A DNA stretch of 61,597 bases, counting the filler. It is 8 parts of 8 records of this genome, joined end to end, with 100 filler letters (N's around TTAATTAATTAA, not from the genome) between each part and the next. Parts side by side here need not be neighbours in the genome. Positions count along the whole stretch, not along the records: positions 55,532 to 61,597 come from DRR723986_25953; 7 more parts are not named here. One strand, written 5' to 3'. A program made the position numbers and the translations under genes. The notes under the pieces are model-generated. The model worked only from the letters and a program-made list of their open reading frames with translations. It was not told the origin of the DNA and made no database searches. Shown in pieces: positions 58,742-61,597 of the stretch (the stretch's first letter is position 1; each line of letters starts with the position of its first letter).

Positions 58742-59998
58742 CTATCCCCTATCAGGTGGCACCGCTGGACGGGTCAAAGAAAGCAACTGTCGACACCCGC
58801 GCGCGGCGCGTTTGCTCTTTCCTGTCTCTACAAATTCCAGCACACGCGCCAACGCTTCGCGATGATTGAGCGGGTCAAGCGACCGGCCACCGCGGGGCAA
58901 TTCCCGACGCCGGATCAAGATTGAATTGAGCTTGGTCGCCTGTGACCCAAAGCTGAATTTATAGGGCTCATCGCCATGACAAAAGTCGTAGGTCCCGTAC
59001 CCCTGATCGATGGCCCATCTGATGCTTTGGGAGTGCATCAACAAACCAATGTAGGCGCCCTGCTCTGTCTCATCTCGTCCTGCGGCGATGAAATGCACGC
59101 GCTTCATCTTGGGGTCCAATATGTGCCCTAAGGCTGCAATTGGGCGATCACCCCGGCGTAGAACAGGAAGATAGAGCAAGCCCAACCGGTGTGCAGTGCT
59201 CAGCATGCGCAAGTAGTTTGCAGCCACCAAACGCGCGCCATCCGGCCCTTTGGTTTTCGACCATTTCAGCATCCAGAACCTCAGCAAAACACCAAGGTCC
59301 TGCTTGATCGTTGCGTCGGTTGCTGCGGAAAATGTCAGCTCTGAGCTGTCGATGTATTTTCGTGTGAACCTGCGTATTTTTTGACGAGTGTTTTTGCTGG
59401 GGCCTTCGTTCAGATAAGTGTCAAAATCACTCGGCAGCGCAACTTGGGGGCACGATAAGTTGTCCACCGTGCCCTTATTTATCCGATACTCTTCCCACTG
59501 CTTGGAATATTCGGCTTGCGAAAACCCCTCCATGAACAACGCTGATCGCGCTTCGGACCCCACATAACGCAAACTCAATCGAGACCAAGGCAAGCCCCGC
59601 AAAGAGCGGCTCAATGCTGAAATGGCCTCTGCTTCACTATCAGGATTGCACAAAAAGCCGGTGTATTCGCTCCATAACAGGCGCCCGCCCGCTTCGATTT
59701 CCGACTGAAACGCTTCGGTCGTGGTGCTCCAATGCACCCGGTATTTCAAAGGCAGAACGCAAACCAATCTGGCATTGTGGTAGACCGCCAAAACACGCCA
59801 TCGCCCCACAGTTGGGCGAAACGCTTGTGCCAACCAGTCCCAGGACAGAAAAACCGAGTTTTCCGGATCCAGACGCTCGAGGCGCTGCCATTCAGATTTA
59901 AGAGCAAGCAACCCATCAAACGTCTCAACGCTTTCGACGCGGAGCCCGCCGCCGTCCGTTCTGTTGCGTTCAGCGGGGAACTCCACCACGCCATCCAT
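58742..59998 (-). CDS. GNAT acetyltransferase, CelD/BcsL-like
   Basis: FLSWDW, SKNTRQKIRR and YDFCHGDEPYK.SFG. Confidence 0.8.
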   Translation of the reverse strand: MDGVVEFPAERNRTDGGGLRVESVETFDGLLALKSEWQRLERLDPENSVFLSWDWLAQAFRPTVGRWRVLAVYHNARLVCVLPLKYRVHWSTTTEAFQSEIEAGGRLLWSEYTGFLCNPDSEAEAISALSRSLRGLPWSRLSLRYVGSEARSALFMEGFSQAEYSKQWEEYRINKGTVDNLSCPQVALPSDFDTYLNEGPSKNTRQKIRRFTRKYIDSSELTFSAATDATIKQDLGVLLRFWMLKWSKTKGPDGARLVAANYLRMLSTAHRLGLLYLPVLRRGDRPIAALGHILDPKMKRVHFIAAGRDETEQGAYIGLLMHSQSIRWAIDQGYGTYDFCHGDEPYKFSFGSQATKLNSILIRRRELPRGGRSLDPLNHREALARVLEFVETGKSKRAARGCRQLLSLTRPAVPPDRG

Positions 59999-60001
59999 CC
60001 C

Positions 60002-61036
60002 TCAGGCGCTCTTTAACGAGCGACCCTCTTTGAGGATCTCCTGAAAACTGCTTTTTGCCGCTTCAAAGCTTTGTGTCAGCGGCGCGGTGATCTTGGATTG
60101 TGCCGAGAAATACCGCCCCACGTCGCAAATTTGCGCCGCGAATTCCGGGTGCACACCCGCGTCATCGTACTTGCGCACCCGCTCTTTCGAAAGCCAGCCT
60201 CGCTTTTGCGCCTCATTCAGGATGAGTTTCAGGCGCTGCGTGCTGTGGAAGGTCAGATACACCGACAAGTAGTCCAAATAGTCTGCGATGTCATATCCGC
60301 AGTCAGGGTCAAACTGCTCGATCATGACATCCACCATATTTTCAGGTGAAATTGGCCAAGCTTCATCCCCGATGAGCCAGGCAAAATCTTCGGCACCATG
60401 ACGCATGCCCGAGTATTCGAAATCAAACCAGCGCATTTTTTCGTCTCGGCCAATCGCCGCATTGCCTGAGCGGCAATCCCATTTGACAAACTGTTGGCCC
60501 GGTTGGGTCAGACGTTCACAGGCTGCGACCCGGTCAAACTGTTGTGGCACCCCGGACCCGTAGGGGTCCAATGTTTCGATCCCATCAACCAAACCATTAA
60601 CCCAACCTGGATTGGCGCCCAAATGTGGCATCATTTTATTCAGATCGGTTTTGCGGGCAGCACTTTGAAACCGAAAGATCGTTGCAACGGCCTCTGCTGC
60701 GAGATCCATTTGTTTTGTGGAATCGTGTTGTGCGATTTCCTGATTCAGGCGACGACGCCCAACATCAGCTTGGAACATCACCTCGCCAACGACACCCAAG
60801 CATTCTGGCACGTCATCGCAATAGGTGCGCAATCGTTCCAAAACAAAAGCTTCGAGATGGGTGCGTCGGAAATTTGGGCGCAGGGTGGCAATGACATCCA
60901 TGTTGTCGAAATGCAGCCGAAAGCTGGAACGCCCTTCGCCCCCGGGGGCCGTGACCTTTAGAACTGGACGCGCAAAGTGTTCCTCAGCTGCGTCGACAAT
61001 CCGTGTCATCCGTTCGCTTTTTCTACCTTTGGCCAC
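60002..61036 (-). CDS. APH/choline-kinase-fold phosphotransferase-like protein
   Basis: PGGEGR Gly loop, KWDCRSGN catalytic-loop-like motif and WFDFE; likely GTG start at 61036 with AAGAGG RBS. Confidence 0.65.
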   Translation of the reverse strand: MAKGRKSERMTRIVDAAEEHFARPVLKVTAPGGEGRSSFRLHFDNMDVIATLRPNFRRTHLEAFVLERLRTYCDDVPECLGVVGEVMFQADVGRRRLNQEIAQHDSTKQMDLAAEAVATIFRFQSAARKTDLNKMMPHLGANPGWVNGLVDGIETLDPYGSGVPQQFDRVAACERLTQPGQQFVKWDCRSGNAAIGRDEKMRWFDFEYSGMRHGAEDFAWLIGDEAWPISPENMVDVMIEQFDPDCGYDIADYLDYLSVYLTFHSTQRLKLILNEAQKRGWLSKERVRKYDDAGVHPEFAAQICDVGRYFSAQSKITAPLTQSFEAAKSSFQEILKEGRSLKSA

Positions 61037-61423
61037 ACTACCACCTCTTATTTCGTTACCGTTGCACCCACGTGGCGCTGCCCTTGCCAAGCGACGAGTA
61101 CATCTCAAATCAGGCGAATTTGAGGAATTTGGAAAGCGAAGATGAGAACAGTGGCGGCAGTGATTCCATAAGTTAACGCCCTAAGCCGCCTTTGGTTGCG
61201 CGTCGCTTTCAAAACAATCCCCGCAGCTTTCGCCGGATTGTCCCCGGAAAAAGAGGCGAATTGCATAAAAACCGCCTGAAAGTTGACACAAAATTGCCTG
61301 AGTTGAAGGCGGCCCATAATTTGAGCGCTATTCAAAGTTCCGCCTGCAACGACGTGCATTGTGGGGGCATATGCCGTGTTGCGGTTTAGGTGGGACATCG
61401 CACCAGCAAAGGGGAGTGATTTT

Positions 61424-61597
61424 ATGAGTTACGGAAATTGGAATTGGGGAGGCTACTCCTACTACAACGGCGGAGTAGGCGGCTCTGATTTAGCTGACTG
61501 GTACGATAAAACCCTTTCGGAATGGTACGATAGCTCTCACGGCTCTGGCGGAACCAAAGGATCTGGTGGGACCAAAGGCTCTGGTGGAACCAAAGGC
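61424..61597 (+). CDS. N-terminus of a Gly-rich repeat protein (runs off the window)
   Basis: GGGGAG RBS and ATG at 61424; translates MSYGNWNWGGYSYYNGGVGGSDLADWYDKTLSEWYDSSH(GSGGTK)3G. Confidence 0.65.
   Translation, partial: MSYGNWNWGGYSYYNGGVGGSDLADWYDKTLSEWYDSSHGSGGTKGSGGTKGSGGTKG
61541..61597 (+). repeat. 18-bp tandem repeat encoding GSGGTK
   Basis: GGCTCTGGCGGAACCAAA / GGATCTGGTGGGACCAAA / GGCTCTGGTGGAACCAAA, differing only at synonymous positions. Confidence 0.9.

Noticed and set aside
61105-61398. 97-aa minus-strand ORF upstream of the kinase-like gene
   Set aside because: No recognisable motif. It occupies the likely divergent promoter region and cannot be supported as a gene.

Overview
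The window is not one locus. It is eight unrelated contigs joined by seven 100-nt N-spacers, each carrying a TTAATTAATTAA all-frame stop linker, so neighbourhood arguments hold only within a contig. (1) 1-18300, AT-rich and Flavobacteriaceae-like: bamD, rpoZ, coaBC, DUF4835, recN and fabI, then four alternating T9SS-secreted proteins, then a GT2 glycosyltransferase, YbbR-like protein, coaE and an RprX/RprY-like two-component system. (2) 18401-23517, Rhodobacteraceae-like: clpB (partial), GNAT, HAD, msrP and msrQ split by an antisense gene, and an rrn-type promoter at the contig edge. (3) 23618-29629, alphaproteobacterial: imuA-imuB-dnaE2 with LexA boxes, next to a truncated tRNA-fMet att-like site. 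(4) 29730-37185, GC-rich alphaproteobacterial: betC with a BetI-like box, an orphan Opp/Dpp-type solute-binding protein, a NemR-like TetR / AhpD / SRPBCC-DehI fusion module, a divergent MerR-CMD pair, and GTCATCCC-type palindromic repeats at both ends. (5) 37286-43465: XrtA/PEP-CTERM exopolysaccharide genes. (6) 43566-49087: pyc, an alpha-hydroxy-acid oxidase, a GAF-GGDEF cyclase and uvrD. (7) 49188-55431, gammaproteobacterial: a glucosylglycerate synthesis/recycling cluster with a sigma54-like promoter, slyD, LysR and glcB. (8) 55532-61597: sugar transferase, AraC, LysR, GNAT, an APH-like kinase, and the start of an unlisted GSGGTK-repeat protein. The best candidate for an undescribed system is the TetR-AhpD-SRPBCC/DehI module with twin operators, a possible reactive-halogen/haloacid detoxification unit. 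All family and taxonomy calls come from motif recognition by eye, not database searches. No CRISPR array or intact RNA gene was seen.
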